64,000 nt of DNA, taken from contig NC_042999.1 in the NCBI RefSeq assembly GCF_006345805.1, positions 19,220,001 to 19,284,000 of the forward strand, given 5' to 3'. Source of the DNA: Octopus sinensis. Its lineage: Eukaryota. Below are positions 1 to 11,599 of the stretch, piece after piece; the first letter of the stretch is position 1; each line of letters starts with the position of its first letter. The notes under the pieces are model-generated. The model worked only from the letters and a program-made list of their open reading frames with translations. It was not told where the DNA came from and did no database searches. The position numbers and the translations under genes were made by a program.

Positions 1-600
1 GACCATGTATGCAGAACATTAAAGAGAGAAACTAGATCCAAATAAACCTGAAAATATTTTCTGACACGGAGGCAAAATGTTATAGCTTGAGTGCTGTTAT
101 GGAGTTTGACGTTTTTATCTTTACACGTGCGACTTTCTGTCAATGCGTGATGATCAATTCGGAAAGCTCAGACAATGAAATTATTTGCAACGAAATATGT
201 GCAGCGGTATTACGTGTGCCAATAACGATGAACGAATATAATGTGTGACAATAAAGCATTTGTCATAGAAAAAGTTGTAATATGGATTAGAATACAACTG
301 AATATTAAACATACGTTAACAGTTCAAATTGTAGACAATAATTTGGACGTTGACAATAAGGAAGTTATAAGAAATTTACAAATAAGCCAGAAAGAAAAAA
401 AACTATTATCAGTCGTCATGATACATGTCTATGAAGATGACACATGATGTGCGTACTTCACGAAACAGAAAAGACAAAGACAGCTGATGCAACTGGAGAT
501 CTTCTATAAGACCTTTACAATAATGGGAAACTAAACAGAAAAAGCACCCAACTATAAATCTGAGTGTAAAGCGGATAGGTTTCATTAAATAGAAAAAGAA
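1..600 (+). mobile_element. Degraded R4/Dong-clade non-LTR retrotransposon fragment (region around the zinc knuckle and start of the endonuclease)
   Basis: Broken-frame peptides TLKRET and CHRKSC.YGLE resemble R4 motifs LKxETE and HWKLCxxYGL. Many stops and frameshifts. Confidence 0.45.
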
Positions 601-618
601 CATCTACTAGGAATATTT

Positions 619-916
619 AGTGGAGGCACATGGCCTAGCAGTCAGAGCAGCGGTCTCAGTATCGCGGGTTCGAATCTCAGACCGGACAATGTGTGTGTTT
701 ATGAGCGAAACACCTAAGATCCACGCGGCTCCGGCAGAAGGTAATGGCGAACTTCTGCTGACTCTTTCGCCACAACTTTCTCACACTCTTTCCTCCTGCA
801 TCTTGCAGCTCACCTGAACTGGACCGGCGTCCCGTCCAGGCGGGGAACCTATACGCCAAAAAACCGAGTAACCGACCCTTATGAGCCAGGGATGGCTCGA
901 GAAGGAACAACAACAA
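619..916 (+). mobile_element. tRNA-derived SINE, family C
   Basis: A-box-like tggcctagcag and B-box ggttcgaatc; (CAA)n tail; 13-bp TSD actaggaatattt at 606-618 and 917-929; homologous to 32097-32400 and 61476-61783. Confidence 0.9.
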
Positions 917-1094
917 ACTAGGAATATTTCGTAGATTTATTTAGACTAAAATCGTTGGCGCTTTGCATTAGTTACAAAAAGGACAATCGCACTTTAGGAC
1001 CGCGTTCAAATACATACTCTTAAAAACAATCAAACAAACAAAACTAAATATGCGAATCAAACTTTCGCGAGTAATCTCATGAAACCATAGACCA

Positions 1095-1335
1095 TATCTT
1101 GGCTGTATATATTTCTTTACTACCCACAAGGGGCTAAACACAATTGTGACAAACAAGAACAGACAAACGGATCAAGTCGATTAGATCGACTCCAGTGCGT
1201 AACTAGTAATTAATTTATCGACCCCGAAAGGATGAAAGGCAAAGTCGACTTCGGCGGAATTTGAACTCAGAACGTAACGAAATACGGCTACGCATTTCGT
1301 CCAGCGTGCTAACGCTTCTGCCAGCTCGCCGCCTT
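1095..1335 (-). mobile_element. SINE family B (ggcggcgagctggcagaa head)
   Basis: Matches the many other copies in the window (e.g. 23826-24169, 51988-52225). Confidence 0.85.
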
Positions 1336-1339
1336 ATAT

Positions 1340-1900
1340 CTTAGCAGTATATATCATGCAATGAATACATGAGGAAATATCTAGAGATCTAACAGTTTAT
1401 CCATATATATCTACCGGAAAATATTTATGCAAATTTAAACCCAGCAGATGAAAATATTACACGAGATGTACCACAGTGATATTGCTGTGAAATAGAATCT
1501 CTACGTCTCTCATGAATGTGCCGTTGCATACAGTGAATAAGATACAGTGAATAAGATAGGTGCAAACAGAAATAAAATAGTTACAAAAATCTCATCAAAT
1601 AGACACAATATGTTGTAAAGTTTTTGGCACGGCTTATCCAACAGACACTAACATCTGAATTGTAAAAAATGTGCTCGAAAATCCTACCAAATATAAAATC
1701 ATAAAAATATTTTTAAAAAATCAGATATATGGAATATTGACAGAGTGATTATAGCACTGGCGGGAGCAGTGAAGCGGCACATAATATCGAAATATAAAAA
1801 ATAATAATGATATTTCTACATGTGAAGTTAGGAATATAGAGTTCCGATGCAATAGATGCTTTTCGTTTCTTCCAAGAAAAAGTATCAGAAAAGCAAAAAT
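1340..1900 (+). mobile_element. Degraded R4/Dong endonuclease-domain remnant
   Basis: Broken peptides KIGANRNKIV, TAYPTDTNI and KYKIIK..IWNIDRVIIAL parallel the intact Dong C-terminus at 2340-2579. Confidence 0.5.
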
Positions 1901-2133
1901 AGAAATTCTTGTAATGTCACACTACTCTGTTTGACTTACAAGAACGATATCAATCATATACGACTAACGAAAATCTAAAGACTGCTGCTACTGATGCTGA
2001 TGTGACTACTACTACTACTACTACTGCGACTACTACTACTACTACTACTACTAGTTATGCTACAATTAGTATTTTTAATACTAATAAAACAAAAACTTGT
2101 AATAAAAGAATTATTCTTACTTCTGCTGCTGTA

Positions 2134-2165
<32 letters not shown>

Positions 2166-2166
<1 letters not shown>

Positions 2167-2580
2167 TTTTTTTTTCTTCTTTCAAATTTTCTTCCATTTC
2201 TTGCCGAGTGTCTTCCCGACTCCTAGGGCAAAGAAACTCATAGTGTATATTGGTAGGCCATTAAACCAAACTCAGTAGTTCGTTCATTTTTTTTTTTTTT
2301 TTTTTAAGTTAAATTAAAATACATGAGCAGCAACAGTTCTCACATCGACAATGCTCTTCTCAATACGAGTGATGTACCAGTTAAGACAATCTTTTGCACT
2401 TCTTGCAGGGATGGTAAGCCAGGGATCATTCTCATATAATTTTCGGTTCCCTTCTTGATCATTCCTAGTGCTCCTACGATCACTGGTATTGTAACCGCCT
2501 TGAGATGCCACATTTTCTCAATTTCAATGAGTAGGTCTTTATATTTTCTGAGCTTGTCAAACTCTTTCGCTGAGATATTA
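2166..2580 (-). mobile_element. 5'-truncated R4/Dong 3' end: intact 79-aa C-terminus, 3' UTR and (TAA)n tail
   Basis: 2579->2340 reads NISAKEFDKLRKYKDLLIEIEKMWHLKAVTIPVIVGALGMIKKGTENYMRMIPGLPSLQEVQKIVLTGTSLVLRRALSM*, typical of an R4-clade restriction-like endonuclease end. Flanked on both sides by (TAA)n. Confidence 0.9.
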
Positions 2581-2594
2581 TGATATTATTATTA

Positions 2595-2639
<45 letters not shown>

Positions 2640-2744
2640 CATTATTGCCTTTGCACAGCTTCTAACACTGGAGATGTACAATTCTGTCAGCTGTTCACTA
2701 CCAGTGAACTAAGGTAACACCTCTTATTTTTCAAACACTTTCCG

Positions 2745-3290
2745 CTCAGCGGCAATTCGTCTGTCGTTACGTTCTGAGTTCAAATTCCGCCGAGGTCGAC
2801 TTTGCCTTTCATCCTTTCGGGGTCAATAAATTAAGTACCAGTTACGCACTTTGTCTGTCCTTGTTTGGCCCCTCCATATTTAGCCCCTTGTGGGCAATTA
2901 TGAAATAAGAAACGTTAGGACGCCGGGTGAAATGCGTGGCCGTATTTCGTCTGCCGTTACGCTCTGAGTTCAAATTCCTCCGAGGTCGACTTTGCCTTTC
3001 ATCCTTTCTGGGTCGATAAATTAAGTACCAGTTATGCACTGGGGTCTATATAATCGACTTAATACCTTTGTGTGTCCTTGTTTGTCCTCTCTGTGTTTAC
3101 CCCCTTGTGGGCAGTAAATAAATAGATATTTCGTCTGTCTTTAGGCTCTGAGTTCAAATTCCGCTGAGCTCGACTTTGCCTTTCATCCTTTCGGGGTCGA
3201 TAAATTAAGAACCAGTTGCGTACTGGATTCGATCTAATCGACTAGCCCCCTCCCCCAAAATTTCGGGCCTTGTGCCTAGAGTAGAAGAAA
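2745..3290 (+). mobile_element. Three adjacent partial SINE B copies
   Basis: The core gttctgagttcaaattccgccgaggtcgactttgcctttcatcc recurs near 2770, 2960 and 3145. Confidence 0.85.
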
Positions 3291-3559
3291 ATATTTTGCA
3301 GATAGGAATGAAAGAATATTTCACCACTAAATAACAGAAGCGCCTCAAACTTTCTTGAAGTCGCAGGTCAAGGCAAGGAATCTTGTAACTGCCATCAATA
3401 CTCGCACTGTCGCTGTAGATCGCTATAGTGCAACCATTCTGAGATGGACACGAGTGGAAATTGGCCAACACTATCTGGGCCATTATCTTTCAGACTAAAA
3501 AGATGTTACAGTACCGTAATACATCTCCAGCATTAGAAACTGTGCAAAGATAATAAAAT

Positions 3560-3760
3560 AATAATAATAATTAAAAATTTGGGCACAAGTCACTAATATT
3601 CTGAGCTGAGGTTCAAGTCGATTACATCATCCACATTGCTCAAGTTGTATATACTTGATTTGCTATATTTTGTCTACCCCGAGATGATGAAAGGGAAAAT
3701 CGGCCTTGGCGGAATTTGAACTCAGAACGTAAAGATGGTCTAAATGCCGAGTCCGCTTCA
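3560..3760 (-). mobile_element. Degenerate SINE B
   Basis: ccccgagatgatgaaagggaaaatcggccttggcggaatttgaactcagaacgt. Confidence 0.7.
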
Positions 3761-4419
3761 TAATATCCGATATATCAAGCAGAGGAGGAGGAGGAGGAGG
3801 AGTAGTAGTAGTAGTAGTAGTAGTAGTAGGAGGAGGAGGAGGAGTAGCCACAGTAGCAGCAGGTGTTGCAGTATCAACAGTCATGGAAGTTGTGGACGAA
3901 CATCAGGTCTTATACTAAAATTAAAAAGCATTAAATAAAGCAAGCGTAGACACTTAGATAAAATAGATCGCAAGTCTTTGTTTAGGAGATGCCGAAAGCA
4001 GAACAGAAGCTGAATTTGGAATCTTTAAGGAATAAAGGAAACGCAGTGGGTAAATTACAGTTATTAACGACTCAAGAGAAGAGAGAGAGAAAGAGAAAGT
4101 AAGAGAGAGAGAGAGAGGATTAGCTATTCTTAGGAGCATAAAAATGTGTAAGTAATAAAATGTTATATCCTGAAAACGATGCGAATAATTGCCATCATCA
4201 ATACGAATGGACTGCTATATTGTGAAACTGTGTTTGCTGCAGAAATATTAGGTGACGTATTGAAGGCAAAAGGGAAGTTATAGTTTAAAAATGAGTGAAA
4301 AGCAGAAAGTAAAAATAATGACATTGAGGAACAAACTTTAGAAAACTGTCCTCAGTATCGTAAAAGTATCAGTTCGAAGCGATAATCGTTTCAGCAAATG
4401 TACAAATCTATACTTACAT

Positions 4420-4451
4420 ATGTGCATATATACATACATACATACATACAC

Positions 4452-4522
<71 letters not shown>

Positions 4523-4590
4523 ATAGGTCCCGGGTTGAGTCGGGGTTAACCACAGTAAATAAGGTACTCAATACATTGCAGAGTAAAGTA

Positions 4591-4621
<31 letters not shown>

Positions 4622-6150
4622 ATACATACATTCATACAAACATACATACATACATACATGCATGCATATATACATATGTACATATATACTTACATATATA
4701 CATACATTTATACGTACATGCATACATACATGCACTCACGCATATGCATGTATACATTCACACTCATATACATACATACGGATGTACGAACATGCATACA
4801 TACATACATATACATACGCATATACATGTATACATTCACACACATGTACATACATATGTACGAATATACGAACATGCATACATACATATATAAACATATC
4901 CACACTTTCATACATACATTATATACATACATACATGCATTTATACATACATAAATGCATTTATACATACTTGCATATATACATACATATACACACGCAT
5001 ATGCACGTATACATTCACACACACTTACATATATACGTACGTATGTACAAACATGCACACATGCATATATACACATATGCAGAGTTGCATACATACATAC
5101 GTACATACATACATACATACATACATACACACATACATACATACATACATACATACATACATACATACATACATACATACATACATACATACATACATAC
5201 ATACATACATACATACATGGCTCCCTCAGTATTAGAAAGAAGAAGGAAAAGTAAAATTAAGGAACAAGACTTGGGTATGTTGTTTAAAGTATCGTAGCAG
5301 CTTCAAGTCTAAGCTGTAATCGAATCAGCAAAAGCGCAAATACAAACATACAACAAACATACATACATATACACATACATAAGCAGATGCATACATACAA
5401 GCATACTTATATACACATATATACATACAAGCATAGATATGCTCATATACGCGTGCATACATATATACATGCAGATATATAAATACATACAAGCATACAT
5501 TCTTATATATATACATATATATGCACACTTATATACATACATGCATGCGTCCATACGTACACATACATACATAAATGCATACATAGATACACATAAATAA
5601 ATACATACTTGCATGCGGACACAGATACATAAATACAGACATACATAAAAGCATGCATTCTTATATACATACATTCATACATACATACATACACACATAC
5701 ATACATACATATATACATACATACATACATACACACATACACACACATACATACACACACACATACATACATATATACATACATACACACATACATACAT
5801 ACATACACACATACATACATACATACATACATATATACATACAAGCATACTTATATACACATATATACATACATACATACATATATACATACATACATAC
5901 ATACATACACATACATACATACATATATACATACATACATACATACACACATACACACACATACATACACACACACATACATACATATATACATACATAC
6001 ACACATACATACATACATACACACATACATACATATATACATACATACATGCATACACACATACATACATACATATATACATACATACATACATACATAC
6101 ATACATACATACATACATACATACATACATACATACATACATACATACAT
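4420..6150. repeat. Large compound (TA)n/(CATA)n/(CA)n microsatellite field
   Basis: Directly visible; source of the many spurious HTYI/MYVC ORFs. Confidence 0.97.
4522..4590. repeat. Truncated copy of the short TA-embedded repeat also at 46200-46400
   Basis: taggtcccgggttgagtcggggttaaccacagtaaataaggtactcaataca is nearly identical to 46202-46253, but this copy stops before the hammerhead portion. Confidence 0.85.
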
Positions 6151-6426
6151 AGACGGGCAGGCGTGGAGGAGGACCATTTAGAATGTCTATTTTATCGTTT
6201 TATTCAACATTTATGCCAACTTCTCCAGCCGAAATCTATAACTGGTTTACTTCTCCAATTATAAATAAAAGAAACGCTTATATTTACCAAGGTAGCATTA
6301 TTCAGACCAGATTTTAACGAAAACACTTTATGCCACAGGCAATTTGCTAACATGTTCATGAATGAAGTCAATAACACCACAAACATAGACTGAGCTACAA
6401 AACATACATACGTACATTTATACATA

Positions 6427-6740
6427 GGGTAAAGACCTCATTCGGTCATGAATAACCATGGATTGCACCTAGACAGTTCCCATCCGAGGCACAAGTCCCT
6501 GTAATGTTGTTTGTATAGGGGCAGCAGTCGCCCATAATATCAACCTTCCCTCCTCACGCCACCGATGTTCTCCAATGGAAAGTCAAAGGCCGATACAGCT
6601 TGCCACCAGTCATATTTAAGCTCATTTCTACAGATTAATGAACTAGAACTATATGAAGTAAAGTACCTTGCTCAAGAACACAACACACAGCAAGACGTTG
6701 TAACCACTGAGCCCGATGCTCCAACCGCTGTGACATGCGC
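6427..6740 (-). mobile_element. tRNA-derived SINE, family E (CORE/Nin-like central region)
   Basis: Minus strand gives a ggcgcatgtcacagcggttggagc head and gtgttcttgagcaaggtactttac. Family assignment is from recall; single copy in the window. Confidence 0.65.
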
Positions 6741-7036
6741 CTTCGCTTTATATACATACATACATATATACATACGTACGTACATACATATATTCGTACA
6801 TTCATATATTCATACATACATATACACATGCATACGATATGAATATATTTTTGAAAATCAAAGAGAAAGGATAATTATGGATAACTGCTCCGAAATCTCA
6901 AGTTTCTACATCCAGACTATCATTTCTCATTTGTACCAAAAATGATTAATGCATTTGGTTTTGTTTTGGGAGTAAATGCCCAATCGAAAACCTGGATATT
7001 GTAGGATTTCAAGAAAAAGAAATCGACCAACTAGCC

Positions 7037-7203
7037 CAGCGGTTCAGAACCTGGGTGCGCGGACACCTAAGGGCCCGTAAACAAATTTCAAAATTTCATA
7101 TACACATGATAAGCATATTAGAAATGGTCCGTTAAAAAACTAATTTAAATAAAAAATATTGGGGACCACTGATTGTAACCACTGAAAAGTTTGGGAACCA
7201 CTA
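7037..7203. mobile_element. hAT-type MITE (degenerate)
   Basis: Termini cagcggttcagaacc and gtttgggaaccact resemble CAGTGGTTCCCAAAC TIRs; no clean 8-bp TSD. Confidence 0.55.
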
Positions 7204-7559
7204 ATTTGGCACATTACAAATACAATTTGTGAGAGGAACAGTAGGAATATGTAAGAATTTTCTCAAGTTCAAAATCTGACATTATCTTTATCTACACTCC
7301 AACGACAGAGCTTTGTATCGTTGTTAGAAACCAGAGCCTTCCTCGGAGCAAGAATTTAAACAAAAAAACAGAAGAGCACCTAGACATACACACACAAAAC
7401 ACACACACTCACATTGTGTGTGTGTGTGTTTGTGTATATTTATGTTAACTAACAACGGCTGTGTGATCTGCTTTTGTTATTTTCTGGGACTTCCATATTT
7501 CTTTCGGGTGTATATTTGCCAGTTGCTTTTATTGCGCAGAATTTACTTAATTTGAGTTA

Positions 7560-7771
7560 TTTTATGTGCAACTACGTTTGTCTCAGACACCTTAGTTGCT
7601 TCATTGAAAGAAAGATCAAACAATATACCCAGGGCAGAAAATAAAACGAATAAAGAAAGTCAAGACCTTTACGAAGGAATTTTCGGTAGCAGTCCCCAAC
7701 ATAGTAAAATATTATAAAATCCCAAAAGGTTTATAAATATACAGACAAGGACATATAATGAGAGCGGAGGA

Positions 7772-7840
<69 letters not shown>

Positions 7841-10050
7841 ACGTACATAAAAAATCCAGCGCAAACTGGAGAAAATAATATATGTAAAGGAAATAAAGCA
7901 GGATAACCACAACAAAATATATAAATGAGAAACGAAAATTATCTCCGCAGCTAAACTGTGCACGAGAACAGTTAGAACATGAAGTGCTTAATGTGCATTT
8001 GACATATGAATAAATAAAATAGAAAGAAAAACCAGGAATGAAGACTGGATTGAATTGAATAGCTGTGCATAAAATGCAAAAGAGCCACAAAAGAAAACGA
8101 TATATATTTAACAAAAGCCTAAAAGAGAGAGAGATAATGAGGGGCGAATGATTAAGGACGAACAAATTGAAAACTTACAGCGCAGTTACGATGCATCGTT
8201 TTATTTTAAAACTCATGAATGCACGCTCTCACTGTTGGCAAGCTACTTTGCTTAATGCCTTGCAGGTATTCTATTACGTATGACGAAAATAGGTATTCTT
8301 ATAGAGACAGATAACAAAAGACACTGACGTAAATAACTATATGCTGATGACGTGGATACAATTGACGTGGAAATACTGACAAGATTAATAAGGCGATGAA
8401 ATGGAAATGGAGCCCCTATTTCCTGGGGAAAGGAATGAATGTTAAAGAACAATTTTACGTGACAGTTAAACTATTGTATATTATCAAAATTATATTTCCT
8501 GGAGTGGAAAATAATAAACCCAGCAACAGAGTGGATTGGGAGAGATGGCTGTTACATAATCCTGTATTTCTGGATTCTATAGTATCCAAAATTTTCCGGC
8601 ATTGATGATGGATTAGAAAACATTATTATTGCGAAAATGAAGATTTGACGAATCGAGTTGACAAATGATGAAAGAGTACAGGGTGAAATGAAAATTAAAA
8701 TAGTAATTTTCAAAGGAGAATCTGTTTTTATTGCTTTGAACCCTTAGTCATATGTTACGAAAGTTCAAACCTGGTATCATTCAACCATATTTAACGCAAG
8801 AATCAACCAACTAATGTTCAGGAATAACCTCACAGTTGACTCTAAAGTCACGAGATTATTGATAAAGTCTGTTAGAAATTTCAGCAGATGTATCGCGATA
8901 AAATGTATAAAGTCAAACAAAAATAGAAAATCGGAAAGATGACAGCAGAGTATCAGAAATTGTGTATTTCCCAGGTGATTTCTTGTAATGATGCTGTTCA
9001 AGGCTAAACAACACGACAATGAAAGAGATTGAAAGAGATAGAAAGATATAAACGAAAATACAAAAATTAAGAAGTGTAAAAGCGATTGAGAGATATACAT
9101 ATCTGGACGTGCAACAAGATAATGCGGTAAAACACAAGTATGATGATGTATGAAAAATATATGACACTCAGTAAAGGTCTTAAAAGTATCACTAACTAGA
9201 AGGGACATTGTTAAAATAAATTACCTATGCGAAGGCTAGGTTTTTCGTATTTTTCATCTTTCTTCAGAGGCGAAAAATGCCCTAGGTGAAAAAGGATAGA
9301 TTGACCATAAAATTATTAGCTATTTACATTGAAAATTATCCATTGAATACCGTATAGAAAGAGAAAAACAGGCGGAGATATTCTCACAATGTAACTGATA
9401 TTAGGAAATTATAAGAGAAGATAAATTTGATAGAAAACTCGATGGAAAGCAGATACATGAAGCCAAACCAAGAATGTAGCATATTTATCAACACAACCAA
9501 TTTTCGAAACAATGGATAAATAAAGAGACGTGAATTGGCAAATTTGAAGATGAACTATAGCACAGTGGCAATTTTTATGGCTAACTATATATTTACCAGA
9601 ATACCAGAAGAGAAGGAAAGTAAGTTTTGAACAGTTTTACACACGACCAAATTACAAGTTTGAAGCGATGGGCTTGTAAGATATACGAACTGAAAAAATT
9701 TTCTGTCCTTATGACCAGAAGCTGTATTGAAAGGGTTTTAGTTTATTATACCGACCCAATGATCATGTATGATCATAATTCACGAGAAAGCACGAAAACA
9801 TATAATATCTTTGTGAAAACCGTAGCATACACGAATGAAAACAAACACAAATTATCGAAAGGGATGTGTACTGCCAAAGGGACAAATAAAGGGGAAGTTC
9901 GAATCATACATATTATATGTAATGATTGTTATAAGAACAACACCAGAACATATTTTGAAGGAGCAGAATTATGAAGATGTGTGGCGCATATAATTGTGGT
10001 CGAGAACCGTTCAGTATCAGATAAAAATTCTTCACAAAACATTTAACACT
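7560..10050 (+). pseudogene. Heavily decayed R4/Dong reverse transcriptase to endonuclease region
   Basis: Collinear motifs in shifting frames: TDVNNYMLMTW..TWKILTRLI (PKNYRPITCL), EWIG...FWIL (WIDY..SWI), GEMKIKIVIFKGES.FIALNP (RGIFQGDSLSP), RINQLMFRNNL at 8799-8831 (INHLLFMDDL), YTYLDVQQDN (YKYLG), DRLTIKLLAIY and HDQI. Interrupted by (GA)n at about 7770-7840. Confidence 0.75.
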
Positions 10051-10178
10051 AGAAGATATTAATACAGTTCATGATATATGATATCGAAGCTTAGAAAAGA
10101 TCGGTTTACAATTCTGCAGAAGAGTTCTGCTGCTACAGCTGCTACTATTGCTGCTGCCACTACTACTACTACTACTAC

Positions 10179-10213
<35 letters not shown>

Positions 10214-10289
10214 GTAATGGTGATGATGATGATGGTGGAAGTGGTGATGGTGGTGGTGGTGGTGGTGATGATGATGTTGATGATTTCGA

Positions 10290-10480
10290 ATTTCGTCACT
10301 AGGACAGCAATTTTGGGGGAGGGGTTAATCGATTAGATCTACCACCGCGTTCATCTGCTACTTACATTATCGACCCCGTAGGATGAAAGGCTAAGTCGAC
10401 CTAGGCGGAGTTTGAACTCAGAACGTAAGGACAGACGAGATTACCGCTAAGCATTTCCCCCGGCGTGCTAACATTTCTTC
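10290..10480 (-). mobile_element. SINE B
   Basis: Homologous to other B copies. Confidence 0.8.
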
Positions 10481-10489
10481 CTTGATAAT

Positions 10490-11023
10490 AACAGGCTCTC
10501 ATGGCTTCTAATCTTAACTTATTGGAAGTGTTATCATGTACATTGTTTTGTCTTAGTATAAAAGATGGGCTACAGCAACTATTCTGCTCAATGCCACAGA
10601 TTTGCTTGTCAGTTGTTTGACTATAACGAATTCAGTATGTTTTTTAGTGGCTAACGATACGTGCATCTCTGATCACAAGCAGAAGTAGTGGGGGAGCATC
10701 AAAACCGTGAGTTGAGAGGGATTCTTTGGGTTTTGGATAATTCAGCCCTAGAAACATAGGTGTTTCGTTCACCATCCTTAAACAACTCTTATTCACCAAC
10801 CTTTTGAGAGGGATGGGCTAATCGACATGAAAAAAATTCTAACTGGGCCCCACTTGCAAGGTCATGTGCTGTTTATCTTGATGTGAGATCTCCATGTCAC
10901 CCACATATGGTTGTGATGCATGTGCCTGGTGTACCCTCATCAGACAGGTATTAATGATTGGTATACTAGTCTTCGTATGTTTTACCCCAGTGTCACTTTG
11001 ATGGCATGCACTGCTCTCTCAAT
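10490..11023. mobile_element. Unclassified interspersed repeat of about 530 bp ending in a (TAA)n tract
   Basis: Complex sequence bounded by taa repeats; resembles a common Octopus repeat from recall; single copy here. Confidence 0.45.
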
Positions 11024-11124
11024 CTAATAATAATAATAATAATAATAATAATATAATAATAATAATAAAAATATTAACAATAATAATAATAAAAATAATA
11101 ATGATAGTAATAATAATAATAATG

Positions 11125-11302
11125 GGTTCAGAATTTGGTACAAGGCCAGTAATTTCAGTATAGGGCGTAAATCCATTACATCGACCCCGAAATCATGAAA
11201 GGCAAAAGCGACCTCGCCGGAGTTTTATCACAGAATGTAAAGACGGTCGAAATACCGCTAAACATTTTGCCCGGCGTGCTAACGATTCTTCCAGCTCGCC
11301 AT
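11125..11302 (-). mobile_element. SINE B
   Basis: Homologous to other B copies. Confidence 0.8.
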
Positions 11303-11597
11303 CTTAATGATAATGATAGTGATGATGATGATGATGATGACGGCGGTGGTGACGACGACGACTACGATGATGGTGGTGATGATGATGGTGGTGGTGATGA
11401 TGGTGGTTATGATGATAAAGACGATGAAGGTGGTGATGAAGATGATGATGATGGTGGTGGTGGTGGTGGTGATGATGATGATAATGATGATTTTAGCACA
11501 AGGCCAGTAATTTCGAGGGAGTCGGTGAAGAAGAAGAAGAAGAAGAAGAAGAAGAAGAAGAAGAAGAAGAAGAAGAAGAAGAAGAAGAAGAAGAAGA
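11303..11597. repeat. (GAT/GGT)n and (GAA)n microsatellites
   Basis: Directly visible. Confidence 0.95.
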
Positions 11598-11599
11598 AT

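Noticed and set aside
4338-6264. Many long ORFs (up to 211 aa)
   Set aside because: They are translations of CATA/TA microsatellites. The same applies to the poly-D, -I, -T and -K ORFs elsewhere in the window.
8340-8351. YADD motif suggesting an RT active site
   Set aside because: It is out of frame with the surrounding Dong motif (TDVNNYMLMTW). The true catalytic position is about 480 bp downstream, so this is coincidental.
10925-10950. CUGAUGA on the minus strand in the TAA-bounded element
   Set aside because: No GAAA follows the putative stem II.
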